Below, piece after piece: positions 48,644 through 60,000 of a stretch of 60,000 bases of DNA (the first letter of the stretch is position 1; each line of letters opens with the position of its first letter). A program made the translations under genes and the position numbers. The notes beneath the pieces are model-generated. The model searched no databases. It was given only the letters and a program-made list of their open reading frames with translations, and was not told the DNA's origin. This DNA is from Amphiscolops sp. MND2022 (lineage: Eukaryota): NCBI GenBank assembly GCA_964187785.1, contig OZ076409.1, positions 38,442,001-38,502,000 on the forward strand. Reading direction: 5' to 3'.

Positions 48644-49363
48644 CTAAGTGCTATGGAGACTGTCTAGCTTGTTTTTTACTCGAGTAGGGTGCATTTTAAT
48701 CGATGCAATTGGCACGTACACCCTATCGTGGAGAACTATGTGGACGTTTGAATCGATGAAATGATCTCTCAACATTGAGTACCAAGCTGGTAGTATGTTG
48801 ATTGATCTTTCAGGATCATAGATAGGAAGATGAATTCCGGTGAGTTGGGCTTGCGTGAGGTTGTGCAGCAGATCGGTCAGGCACAGATGTAGCACATCAT
48901 GCAATATATGATGTTCGTTGGAGGCTCTTGTGAATAATAGAAACATGTTGTTGTTCCATGGCGCATCTGGTGACATGGCAAGGTGCATGGCCTTCCCTAC
49001 GACTGGTCGTTGTTTGAAAATCTCTTCTTGGCCAAATTCTCTGACAACGTAACGCGCCATTGCTGAATAAGATAGCAGGTCAGCCAGGCAGCATATTACC
49101 ACAGTGCCACGTGCTTGCAGTATATCAGTTTCTGCATAAGTTATCCATGGTAGGTAGTTGGGCTTGACTTTTGGCTGCGTTGTCAACAATTTTCTTGTGA
49201 CTGTGCTTTGATTGTCTTGACTTGGTGTGAGATGATCTAGGATGGCTTTACGGTCTTGCCACACTGTTCTGCGTAAAGGTCGATCTCCCAAGTTTGTGCA
49301 GGACCAATCGTTAACTACGGAGAGTGCTTCAAAAACAGTCGCCTGGTTCTCAAATGTATACAT
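48644..49363 (-). pseudogene. TARG1/OARD1 (Poa1p-like) macrodomain-like segment downstream of integrase
   Basis: ITYAETDIL...C.AD...FG..EIF.Q....G...FLLFTR...L..CL..L......LT.IHLP......ML.DHF....HIVLH aligns by eye along the whole TARG1 fold. Confidence 0.7.
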
Positions 49364-50038
49364 GTGCTTGTCTAATAGGCGTATTTTGGCTTAGCGACAG
49401 ACGGTAATAGCTAGTAGCTGTAACCAATGTTGACTAAGGAATTTTTCGCGATAGATGTCCGCTAAATGGAAACAAAGTGTGTCCTCGAACTCCAAAAGTG
49501 TACGTGAATTTTCTAGTCAAATTAGCAGAGTTTCTGGAGTCACTGGTGATGCTTCATCCAGTGGGGTGACTAGTAGCCAGCAACCATCTGTTGGGTGGTA
49601 TACATCTCCGGGGGGAGGTTACACCATATTGTTGCCATATCTTCTGTGCGGTGATGCAGCGTACTATTGTCATTCTTGCCTCTTCTGGTTCAATGTCCCC
49701 AATTATCATCGATGGTGGGAGTGGAGGGATGATAGCGGTTAATGTGAATTCTAATCCACTCTTGTCGTGCCACGTCCACTCTTTGTATCGATAGGCAGGA
49801 CAGTCCGAAGGTGACGTCCCGTGCATTGTCTTCAATGTGGTTTAAAATGGTGGGACCACACCTGATTCAATGCTCGAGTATGTCTTTTCTATTGTTATGA
49901 AAAAATGATGCATTTGTGGACCATCCTGGTTTTCGGTCTGTACAGCCCAGATTGTGTGTTGTTCATGGTCTTCAAAAGTGTCGGTGTCAGCTAAAGTGGG
50001 GGCGAGAGCCAGGCCAATTGGTCGTCCGGTGGCTTTCG

Positions 50039-53000
50039 TTAGATTAGGTTGACGCAACTACAGTTGCGGGAACCACAGGTTCCGCACCGATATCGTGGTG
50101 CCCTGTTACGTCGTAGTTGGTGAGGTGGGGCCTGTGAAGATGTCGGTAGTTGTGCTTCGCGCTCCTCTGGTGACATACTTTCCGCAATGTTGGGTAGTGT
50201 CATTGCGCGTTCCAAGGTTTCTGATTGAGCCCTAGTTTCTGTTCGTCCTCTCGATCGAGTGCAAGGTCTGTTCGGTCGTGTGAGTGCTCTGCTTGATGAA
50301 GTGGTGTTTCTTCGTCTACGACCTAGAGGTCTTCCTCTTGGTCTGCCCCTTCTGCTTGCAGTTCTCCCGGGTGTGGGTAATGCTTCTATGTTTCGGTCTG
50401 ATTCTTGGATTTCTCCGTCAGTTCCTTCTTGGGGTTCGGCTTCCTCTGCGGGTTCTAGTCTTACCGAGCTGCCATTTTGAGAACTGTCCAGTGGAAAATT
50501 ACTTAAAGTGTCGGTTAGGGCTGGGTTCGACAGTAGTGGTGCCGACGTTCCTGATGGTGAAGGTATTAGGCTCTGTGGTGGTTCGGGCAAGACTTCTTCC
50601 TGATCCGAGGACAATGGTTCTAGGTCGTCAATTTCAGGGAGAACCACTGGTTGCTGTATTTCTGCAGGAAGTAGTTCTATTGGTTCTTGGTCAGATTCCG
50701 ACTCGGACGGATATCCAAAGTAGCTAAATCGCCTGCGTGGGATTCCTTGTTGCAAAGCGGATTGAGTGCGTGTTTGAATTGTGCGGGGTGGAATAGGTGC
50801 AGTTAGTTCCAGTTCGAATGATGCCTCCGGCAGTTGTTCTGGAAGGAATGAGTCACGCGATATGTCCGATGTAATTTCCTCATTGCTTTCTTCTGCGTAT
50901 GGATCTGCAATGATGGCGACGTTCTGGTCTGCCCCAAATGGTTGGTGTGTTGCCCAATCCCAGGGTGCAGGCACGTGCTTCTTCAACCCTCAAAATGAAC
51001 ATTTTGGCCTGTATCCAATACGTATAGTCGTCCATCTTGTAGCACGTCCGTGACCTTGTGAGGCCCGCGCCACGTGCGGAGAAGCTTGCAGGTACCGCCC
51101 TTGGGAGTTATGTGGCAGAAAACCCAAACGGCGTCGCCTACGGCGTGTGCTTTTGCTTTCAAGTGTCCATCAAACTTCTGTTTCTGTCGTACCTGGTGTG
51201 TGTTTCTGCGAACAAGCTCGTGGATTTCCTGCTGTCTGGCGAGTAGGTGTTCGACAAATTCTTCCTCAGACTCGAATTCTTGCGCTGCGAACTCGGGGTA
51301 TATGAACGAGAGCGGAATGGATTTTTCCGCGCCATGTTGGAGCATGTACGGAGAGAACCCAGTTGTAGCATGCCTGGTTGAATTGTAGACACCCAGGACT
51401 CCGTTTATGTGCTCATCCCAGTCGAGCATTCTGCGAGAAGTGTAGACTCGGAGCAGAGTGAGCAATGTTCTGTTTTGTCATTCCACCAGGCCATTGCCTC
51501 TCGCGTGTGCTGGAGTCGATGTCACTTTGGTCACTTGCGAGGCTTTCATCAGTTCCTGTGCAATTTCGGCGGTGAAGTTGGTGGCGTTATCTGACTGCAT
51601 CCTTGCAGGGGTGCCATGTCTTGCAAACCATTTATTCAAAATGATCTTCGCAGTTGTCTGGGCGTCGTACTCATCATGTGCACATGGGATCGCCTCTGCA
51701 AACTTAGTGAAATGGTCAATAATGACTAGCAATCCATTGCTTCCTGACGTCGTCTTGCGCAATTTCAAATGGTCAAACTGCACTAGGTCGTTGAAATGGC
51801 TGCTGTTGATACTTTGTAGGGGGTAGCAGGGGTTTCCAGCGGGGTGTTTCGTCTGTTGATACGTTAAGCAGTGCTTGATGTGATTGACGACATCACGCTT
51901 GGTGCCTGGTCAAGTGTGGCGCTCCTGTATCCTTGCCAGCACTTTGCCAACACCTTGGTGTCCTGATTCATCATGCCCCCTGTACATTATTTCGTGTTGG
52001 TGTAGTTGGGACATGACGATCATACACGGTCGTATGTGCATCGCGCGTTGCTGCGGAACGTAGTTGGCGCACAAGATGTCGTTTTGGTTTAAAAACAGTA
52101 AGTCCTCCTTTTGGTGGTAGTACCGTTTGGCAAAATCCTGCACGTCTTCAGGGAATAAGCTGTCATCCAATGGCTCATTCTTCATGAGTTTCTTCAGCGC
52201 CAGGACATGAACATCTCTATTTGAGCAAGATGTAGGTCCTTCAGTCCGCGCTCGTGGAGCTCAGTTCCGACCAACTTGAGGGTATCAGCTTGTTCTTGAC
52301 ATTGCGTTGGCAGTCTACGCATTGCTGGGTCGCGTTTAGTGATGCCGAGACGTGCCAGCGGCACTTTAAAAGTCACGCTGAGGATACAATTTGGTTTTGC
52401 ATCTTCGGTTGACGTTGGAGTTGTTTCCCATTGTACCTGTGGGTACCATGGTATGGAACTCAAGGGGTGTTCTCAGGTTGAATCCTCTTTCGGTCTCTTC
52501 TTCAAAATATAGAGCACAGGGAGTTGGGTTCGGGCTTCGGGCGGAACCTCCGGATGGTTGGGAATGAATTTTCCATGTTTGTCAATATAGGGCACAGTGG
52601 GGAGTTCTTCGTAGTCTTTCTGGGACATGAAACTGAATCCGTTGCTCACTTCTGGTAGAGTTCTCCCGATGCACGTAGTCATTGGTCCTTTAGCTAAGGC
52701 CGTCTACATTTCTGTGTTGCGTGCGTGGTCTGTGGATCGTCTTGAAGTGGTACTGGTCGAGACGCGCAATCCAGCGTCCAATCATGGCCTGATCCATTGA
52801 GTATGTTCTCAGCCACGAGAGAGCCTGGTTATCCACGCGCAGCGTGAATGCTCGACCTGCAAGGTAGGAATGGAACTTCTCAATAAAGTAGAATACTGCA
52901 TACATTTCCTGTTTCGGGGCGCCGTAATTCAATTGTGTTCGAGTCAGCGACTTGCTACCGTATACAACGGGGCGAAGAATGGTCTTTCCTTGATACTCTT

Positions 53001-55451
53001 GTTCTTCGTGTAGTATGCCGGCTATGGCAACTGCACTGGCAACGGTATCCAAAACAAAACGTCCTTCATCATTCGGCGCTGCCAAGGCCGTGGCGTCGGC
53101 TAGTGCTTGTTTCACTGAATCAAACGCTTTCTGGTGCTTTTCATTCCAATGGAAGTGTTGATTCTTTCTTAACAGTTCCTGCATGGATTGTACTTTCGCA
53201 GTGTGGAAGGGAATAAAATCTCGGTAGTAATTCGCAAACCCAAGGAAGCTTTGTAGTTCCTCTCTTTTTCGCGGGGGCATCCACTCTTGGATTTTGCTCA
53301 CAGCATCCGGGTCTGGCTTAATGCCTTCGGCAAAAACTACTCTTCCGAGGTATTTGGTTTCAGTGCGCATAAAGTCACATTTCTCGGCTCGCATCTTGAA
53401 TCCGGCTTCGCTGACACATTCGAATACTTCTCTGATTCTCTCCAAGTGGTCCTCAATAGTTTCTGTCGCAATCACTATGTCCTCGATTTATGCCATGACA
53501 ACACTTCCATGTCGTTGTTGAATCTTCTGCAGAGCTCTGGTTATCGATCGCTGAAATGTAGCCGATGCATTGCATAGCCCAAAGGGCATGCGCCGCCATT
53601 CAAACAGGCCGAGCTCACACGCAAACGCGGTTTTTTTGCGGTCACACTTTTTCAATGAATCTGCCAAAGTGCCCACTCTAAATGCTAGTGAAGATCTTTG
53701 CATTCCCGATTCTCGAGAGACTTTCATCTATTCTAGGTAATGGAAATGCGTCCTTTACTGTTACATCATTTAGCGGGCGGAAGTCACAGCAAAAGCGAAG
53801 ATCGCCTGATTTCTTTTTTAACATGACTATGCCACTGGCCCACGGAGAGTAGGAGGGTTGTATCAGACCAAGGGCCAGCAAGTTTTGCACTTCCTGATTG
53901 GCTTTCGCCGCCTTATCAGGAGACATTCGTCTAGGTCCTTCCCGGTGTGGTATAGCCTCCGGCTCCAACTCTATTCTATGCTTTGTTATTTTACACCTGC
54001 CTATGTCAGAGTTGCTTTCATGAATAGATCTTCGTACTCAGTTAAAATAACCTCTAACTTGTCTCTCGCCTCTTCCCCCACGAAGAAAGGACGGAAGAGA
54101 GGTCTGGGATTGGAAATGTTTTCAGCAATAAAGGGTCTGTTCGTTTTCGTTTTTCATTTTTTGACAAACCTATCTCAGATGGTTCCGTTGAAGACAAGAA
54201 GTTTCGGGCAAAGGAACTGTATTCTGAACTGGTGTCCATATCAATATCTTTATGTATTCGATTTACAAATTCCTTCGCTAGCTTCGAAGCTTCATCAACA
54301 TTTTGCATAGGAACAGGATTCAATACAAAAGTAGTAAGCATTGCTTTTCCAATTACAGTCTGTTCTTTGATTCTTACCCGTTCTTTGTCAGTTTGATTTC
54401 GCAGGGCAATGAATACTATACCCCCTTCCCCACGGAAGTTAGTGTATCTTCTGAAACAAAGACTGAACTGGATTTCATGCTACATGAATGGATCATTACA
54501 TTACGAAAGAAAATGGAACTCGTCCGGGTGTTGCATTATGATTTTCGCGCGTACAACTCTTCTTTCGAAAGGTCCTAGGAGTACTTCTTCGGTGGAAACG
54601 ACAAATGATGGCTCGTTGTCACTTACCTCATGAACGGCTTTGAATGTTCTAGGCGTCCTGGGGTGACAAATTGTCACCTTCATTGCCGTGAGATCCACCA
54701 ACACGTTGTAAGTGCGCAGGAAGTTTCGACCTAGGAGAAAGTCTTCTGACCCAATGTGATCAGCAATGACTACAAAATTGGTTTTCAGAGTATATCCGCC
54801 GAGCTGAAAGTTTACACCTTCTGCGATGCCAACGGTGGTGATACTCTTGCCATTAGCAGCGAATAGTTCAATGTCGTAGGGTGACAGGCTCAGCTCATGT
54901 TAGGATGCATTCTTCATGTATGCGCTCAGTGAAAGGATGGATACTCCGGTGTCTATCATGCCGAAAAGTGGTATCGGCTTTTGCAAGGGAGTGCCGAATG
55001 CAACTACTAATGAGGCCCGCTCATCAATTTGTGCTTCCCTTTGTGCATCCTGCACTCCAATGTTATAACAGCGCAATTCTTGCCTGGCCAAGTAAAGGCC
55101 TTGAGGGAAGTGTCCTTCCAGGACTACAATTGCATCAAATTTCATGTCCACTCCGTCAATAGTGATTGCTATGGGGACTGGTGCGATTGTTTTGACCTCT
55201 TGTAATTGAGCTAGCTTGGTTTCGTCACTTCTGGTGAAGTGTGGCAAGGGTCTCGAAGCTATTGTATGATTCGTGTTGCGACAAAGTTCTTCCTTTAGAT
55301 GAGCCAATGTGAGGTTGGGGCGTGCTTTTTGTTCTGCGGATAACAATAAGTGGATGGATATTAGCGTTTCGGTGCAATCAGGTGCTGTGGCTTCAAGCGT
55401 GGTTAGGATTTGTTTTTGCCACAGGTCACAACCACAGGACGTGAGGGGCAT
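50039..55451 (-). pseudogene. pol: Gypsy pol (protease, RT, RNase H, integrase with long C-terminal tail), disrupted
   Basis: IDTG; SPWASGIV, RFCCDFRPLN, MPFGLCNA; the YxDD motif is mutated to stop-I-E-D (53479-53490); SFLGFANYYR, RVDNQAL; HDESGHQG, IDHFTKF, SDNATNF, GLVE. Confidence 0.93.
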
Positions 55452-55487
55452 CCTTCTTCAGAGGTAGAAATCACTCTTATTTGATCC

Positions 55488-58049
55488 TCAGTGTCTGCAA
55501 AGAAAGTCCGCGGGACTCGTGACGGGGGCAAACCATGCCGCTTGTACTTGTTCTTCTGTTGCTGCGTTCTCAGGCATCATACAGTCGGATGCTACGTGGC
55601 CTGTGCGACCGCAGTTAATACAAAATGACGTTGTTCCTTGTTCTGGTAAGGCCGCAGGCATCATATTATCGTTCATGCCGCGTGGGTTCGATGGGCACAC
55701 CCATTCTCCGGCCATGTTCATACGGCAGGAGTTGACTACCTGTTGCACAGGTTTTCGTGCTCGATCTTTCAGAGGACAATCAGCTACGAAGTGCAAGGGA
55801 TCTCCACAGTTAAAGCATGTTCGCTGCGGTTGTTGTCTGAAAGCCGCGGGCTGTTGTGGGATTTGTTGGGCATTGGGCGCTTGGGGGGCTGGTGCCTGTA
55901 TCTGGTTTTGCTGGTTGGTTCAGACAGGCTGTTGTTGTGGTTGCGGAGGTGCGGGATAAGTCTCCGTACGAGCCGAACCGCGCATACGCAGGTACTGTTG
56001 TACTGTGAATCGTATGGCTTCCACCGTTGGGGTTGTGTCCACATATTGCTCCTGCGCATACATGGGTGCAAGGTTCCGCTTCAACTCGAAACTGCGAACC
56101 CCTTCAATGAATCTGCATAGTTTCGTAGCGCCTTAGCGCAACTTCCTCATTGGGAAAACCCTGGCTGCGCAAGCCTTCCAACGCGTCCAAGTATTGCATG
56201 TAGTCATCATCTGGGGACTGATTACGTGTGCGAAACTGCTGTTGTATTTGGATCTTGTTGGATCCCGTTCCAAATCTTCTTGCTAGCAGTGCGAAGACTT
56301 TCTCGTCTAAATCGCGTTCAGCCTATGATTTATTCGTGATGTAGTCCCTTGCTTCATTCTCCAGAAACACCACAATGGTCCATGCTCTATCTAATGGAGT
56401 ATCCTTTGCATGAGCTTTCTCCAGGTATCGTTTCATTAGCATCAGCCAACCGTACACTATGCCATCTCGAGTGGCGCGGTATTTGGTTGGTTTGTTCTTG
56501 GTAGCTTTTGTAGCTAGCAGTGGTTCCAGATCTTTTGACATCGCAGTAGTTATTGCTTCTGCTAGCGCTTGGCTGTGTATTGCGTTCGGTGCGTTGCCTC
56601 TGGTGACTCCTTCTATTGTCGTGGGGTTCAGGTACTTTCTCGAGGTAGTTTTCCTTTGCGTGCTACAGGCCAACGGCCGTGGTTGGTCGTCATTGTAGGA
56701 GAGTGCTAGGCGTTCCGTGCCAGGGATTGATGATACAGCAGTCTGAGACTCATTGTCTCCGGATGCTGTCTTAGTATCATTGAACAATTGGCCAATGGCC
56801 GCCGAATAGTAATCTCCAGTTGTTGAAGCACCTTTAGCATAGGGATCGAACGAATGAGGGCCCGAATGGTCACAGCGCTGCATTCCAACATAATTAGCTG
56901 TTGAGGCTTAAGTTTCGTCAGGCACCTTCTTGTACGTTGCTGGTTGTTGTAGCCTTGGTTGTTTCGTTTGACTAGGTTAAATTCCAATTTGGCGTTGGGC
57001 AACTTCGCGATAGGTTGACTGCTGTGTTGGAAACGCACTTGTGGATGGTTCCGTCGCAGGGTCCAGTGCCTGCGGCACGGGTGAGGGACTGTTTGGTACT
57101 CTTGCTGCAACAGTCTTCATCCCTAGGGTTCAGTCTTGAACTGTGGTCATAAGGTTCACTATGCGTTTTCAACATCTAGGATTTCGACGATGCATCATTT
57201 TGGACATGCACTTGAGGCGTTCATCAGCTTGTTTGTCTTGTTGCGCCATTATTGCTGTCATTTCTGATATTCGTCTCTCAGTCAGATCCTTGACCGTCGC
57301 CATAGTCGTTTCTATTTCGCCCTGGTTTGCACGTCCTTCCATCTTTATTTCGTTCACTTCCTTTTGCAAGTCTTCCATTTCCATCACTAAGACTTCTACT
57401 GTTTGGACATGGTTGGTATTTTTTTGGTTAACTTTGTTTGAACCTGTTTCAGTTGTTCCATGCCATATCCAAAATGTTTCCTTATGGCTTCAGTCTCATT
57501 GAAGCCTCTGGTAATTGTCGAATCTGGAGATGCCACGATGCCGGCATCGGAGTGTTGAGATGTTGCCGTGCGTTCCAGTCGCAGGGTGCTGGGACCCAAT
57601 TTTGGTGATGTCGTGAAGGCATAGTCCTGGGGTGTCATTCCTTTTCTGGTTTTCCGTTTCCCCAGCTTGTTTCCCGAAGGGGCAATTGCGGTATCATCCA
57701 GGGTGTTTTTGCTAGCTTCGAATACTGGGACTCCGGAACCCAGCGGGTCCACACTCATGGCTAAGTGAGGTGTAATCTCTCCCATGGTCATGCCCACGTT
57801 CATTTTTTCCACCCACTTGCTAGTGTCCGAGCTAACTGCTAATTCTCCATTCGAGTTCAGCCAGTCCAAGGTAGCAATCACGGAGGTATTCAGAGGTGGC
57901 CACACATTGTTACTGTTTTTGGGAGTCTCGTTGACAAGTTCAGCGCTATCTGGAGACGCTTGCGAGGAATTCGATTTGCTTGATTGCGCGATTCGCAAAT
58001 TTTGCTCAGCTTTGGACACGTTATCTGACATGCCGTCGTCTGAAAACAT
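55488..58049 (-). pseudogene. gag: Gypsy gag, disrupted
   Basis: Coiled-coil segment, capsid-like KPTKY...GWL..M.RYL...FLE.EA region, and two CCHC knuckles (CFNCGDPLHFVADC, CINCGRTGHVASDC). Confidence 0.85.
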
Positions 58050-58862
58050 GTCAGCGATCGCGCCCTATGGTGCTACTTCTACTTGTGTACCGAGCCTATG
58101 CCAATCCTCTATGTCACTTGCTAATGGGTTGGTGGCATGAAAGTCATTGGGTTCTCGAGGTACTTCACGCAAAAGTATAAAGTACTCCCATCCACTCAAA
58201 CTCATTTTTATTCGTTCAATCTTTTGTTGTAGAACACCAGTAGAATTACAAAGGGGAAGGGACTCGGGGAATAGACTTTGGGGGTGAGTAGGTGCTAGGA
58301 TGCTAGCAAACAGGAGAGTTGTACTATTCCGATCGTAGCACGATTCAGGAGAACTCAGTTCTTAGCATTTCTCAAAGCTACTGTTCTTGATGTTCTGTTC
58401 CAAGACGCGCCGCGTCCAAAGTCTAAGTTTCCTGGAAAACTACTAAATGCGTCCTAGCTTCCACACGATGCTTCCCACTCGAGGTGCACGTGGCCGTGGC
58501 TATTGATTCGCACTTAGGAGGCTTTGATGGGCGTTGGTAGGGAAAAAGCGGTTTTGGTGTTTTTCACTCCTACGTCTCGTAGACAGTTCCTTGACGAACC
58601 TAAGATCTTAGGGTTGGCCTAGCTCTATTCAAAGTGCTTCAATAGGGCTTGCTACGGGTGCCCGGTGTAGGAAAAGGGTCGTTGGAGTCCTCACTTACGA
58701 CTACACTTCCGAAAACTGTGTGATTTTTCGCAAAAATTTTGCAAGATTGGCAGTTTTTTGTCCAATATGCACGCCTGGGAAGGGTGGAAATCATTTCTAG
58801 AGCTAGTAGCGACCTGAAAATATAACACGGTATCCTAAGTTGGCTGAATCGTGGGAAAAGTA

Positions 58863-58877
58863 CCGGCAATTGCGCCA
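58863..58877 (-). promoter_or_regulatory. Primer-binding site candidate of Gypsy element
   Basis: TGGCGCAATTGCCGG on the minus strand, preceded by TTACC-TTT (one mismatch from the expected LTR end TTACA). Confidence 0.6.
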
Positions 58878-58881
58878 AAAG

Positions 58882-60000
58882 GTAATTTACCTAAGAACTT
58901 TTTATTTCTCGGTTCCCTGACGTTCGGGATGGTTCTAAACGTAATGTAGTCAGGTGTAATAACTTTATTCAGGGGACTGGGGTTGTTTCAATTATTAGGT
59001 TTGATGTTATAACTCTCAGCTCTATGGCGTCCTCTACTCAGGTCTTTGTATAACAAAAGAAAATCAGGGGTTAAAATTTCAATTTATATTGGGGGATGCT
59101 AAAAATTGTCTTGGCAGTAATGTTTTGTACCACCAAGCTTGGTAACAACGTTTTTGGGCCGCTCTAAAAGCTTGGGAACAAACGCCCAAGGCTTCGCCCT
59201 CACCAATTTTGGTGTTTTGGGCCAAAATCGATTTTTTTAAACAAAAATCGCCAAATTTCTCAATGTTTTAGTAATTTAGACCAGCAAACTTTTCTGTTCC
59301 CGACTAAGCAGGTCTGATGGAACGTTTTCATTGTAATCCCACTGGGCGTATTCTATTGTACAAAACTTTGGCTCTCAAAATTAGTAGAATCGAAGTTTGA
59401 GCTACATATAAGGTTATTTTCAGGGTTTTCGCGCTCAAATTCTTTCACAACCGGTCCAAACACCCTCTGGGTATTTTTTCCAGTTACCCTTCGTGAGAAT
59501 AGGTTTGGGAAGATAGTTTTTGGGCTACTAATTTATGAAAATTGGTGATATCACCCGTTTGATGAGGGTATGCTGCAACTAAAACTCGATTTTTTTTGAC
59601 AATTTCGTACAATTTTTGAGCAAAACTGCGGCTAAGATTTCTCAATCACTAGTAAAGGTAGCGCTACGAAAATTACACCACTAACGTTCTGTTTTTGGCT
59701 AGTCCCACCAGGAGAGATTTCGATCTGTCTCAGGAACACTACTCCAGTGTACCGATATTGTCACTGGAATAACACGTTTTTGGCTATTTCTCGGCAACCA
59801 CTGGTTGGAATCACTCGCGGTTTTCTGCGTTTGCAACGTTATACTCTAAACTAACAGAAAATAGGCAAGTAAAACCTGGCAGTTTCTAAATAAGGTCTCT
59901 CAAAATGAATTTCAAGTTACACCTTTTACACTCTGGGAACAATATGAGAAACACGTATTTTCCCTAAGAACTTTTTATTTCTCGGTTCCCTGACGTTCGG
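58882..60000. repeat. Direct repeat with ~1,073-bp spacing, running off the window
   Basis: CCTAAGAACTTTTTATTTCTCGGTTCCCTGACGTTCGG occurs at 58890 and again at 59963 to the window end. Confidence 0.7.

Larger units (their letters stand above)
43551..58880 (-). mobile_element. Large decayed Ty3/Gypsy LTR retrotransposon with extra coding capacity; 5' LTR not found in the window
   Basis: PBS, gag, PR-RT-RH-IN order, ~6.7 kb of further same-strand coding sequence, PPT and a 3' LTR. Many stops and frameshifts. Confidence 0.9.

Overview
AT-rich eukaryotic (metazoan, invertebrate-like) genomic DNA made mostly of transposable elements. There is one clear host gene: a 5-coding-exon FAM172A/ARB2A homologue on the minus strand (25021-32646). 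Mobile DNA comprises: (1) a near-intact BEL/Pao LTR retrotransposon (13955-22428, 5-bp TSD GTCAT, one gag-pol frameshift); (2) a compact, apparently intact hAT transposon (34939-36783, 16-bp TIRs, 8-bp TSD); (3) a Penelope-like element (37882-41995, 12-bp TSD, tandem plus inverted pLTR, three hammerhead-ribozyme motifs) nested in two MULE-like MITEs; (4) a ~15.3-kb decayed Ty3/Gypsy element on the minus strand (43551-~58880); (5) a Gypsy remnant in a FAM172A intron; (6) several MITEs and many non-autonomous Helentron (DINE-1/HINE-like) copies carrying a tRNA-derived cassette. The most striking observations are a canonical PHD finger inserted inside the Penelope reverse-transcriptase core, and a Gypsy element with a TARG1/OARD1-like macrodomain after the integrase plus a ~1,350-codon extra ORF with an SGNH-like segment. 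All domain calls were made by eye from motifs; no database search was run.
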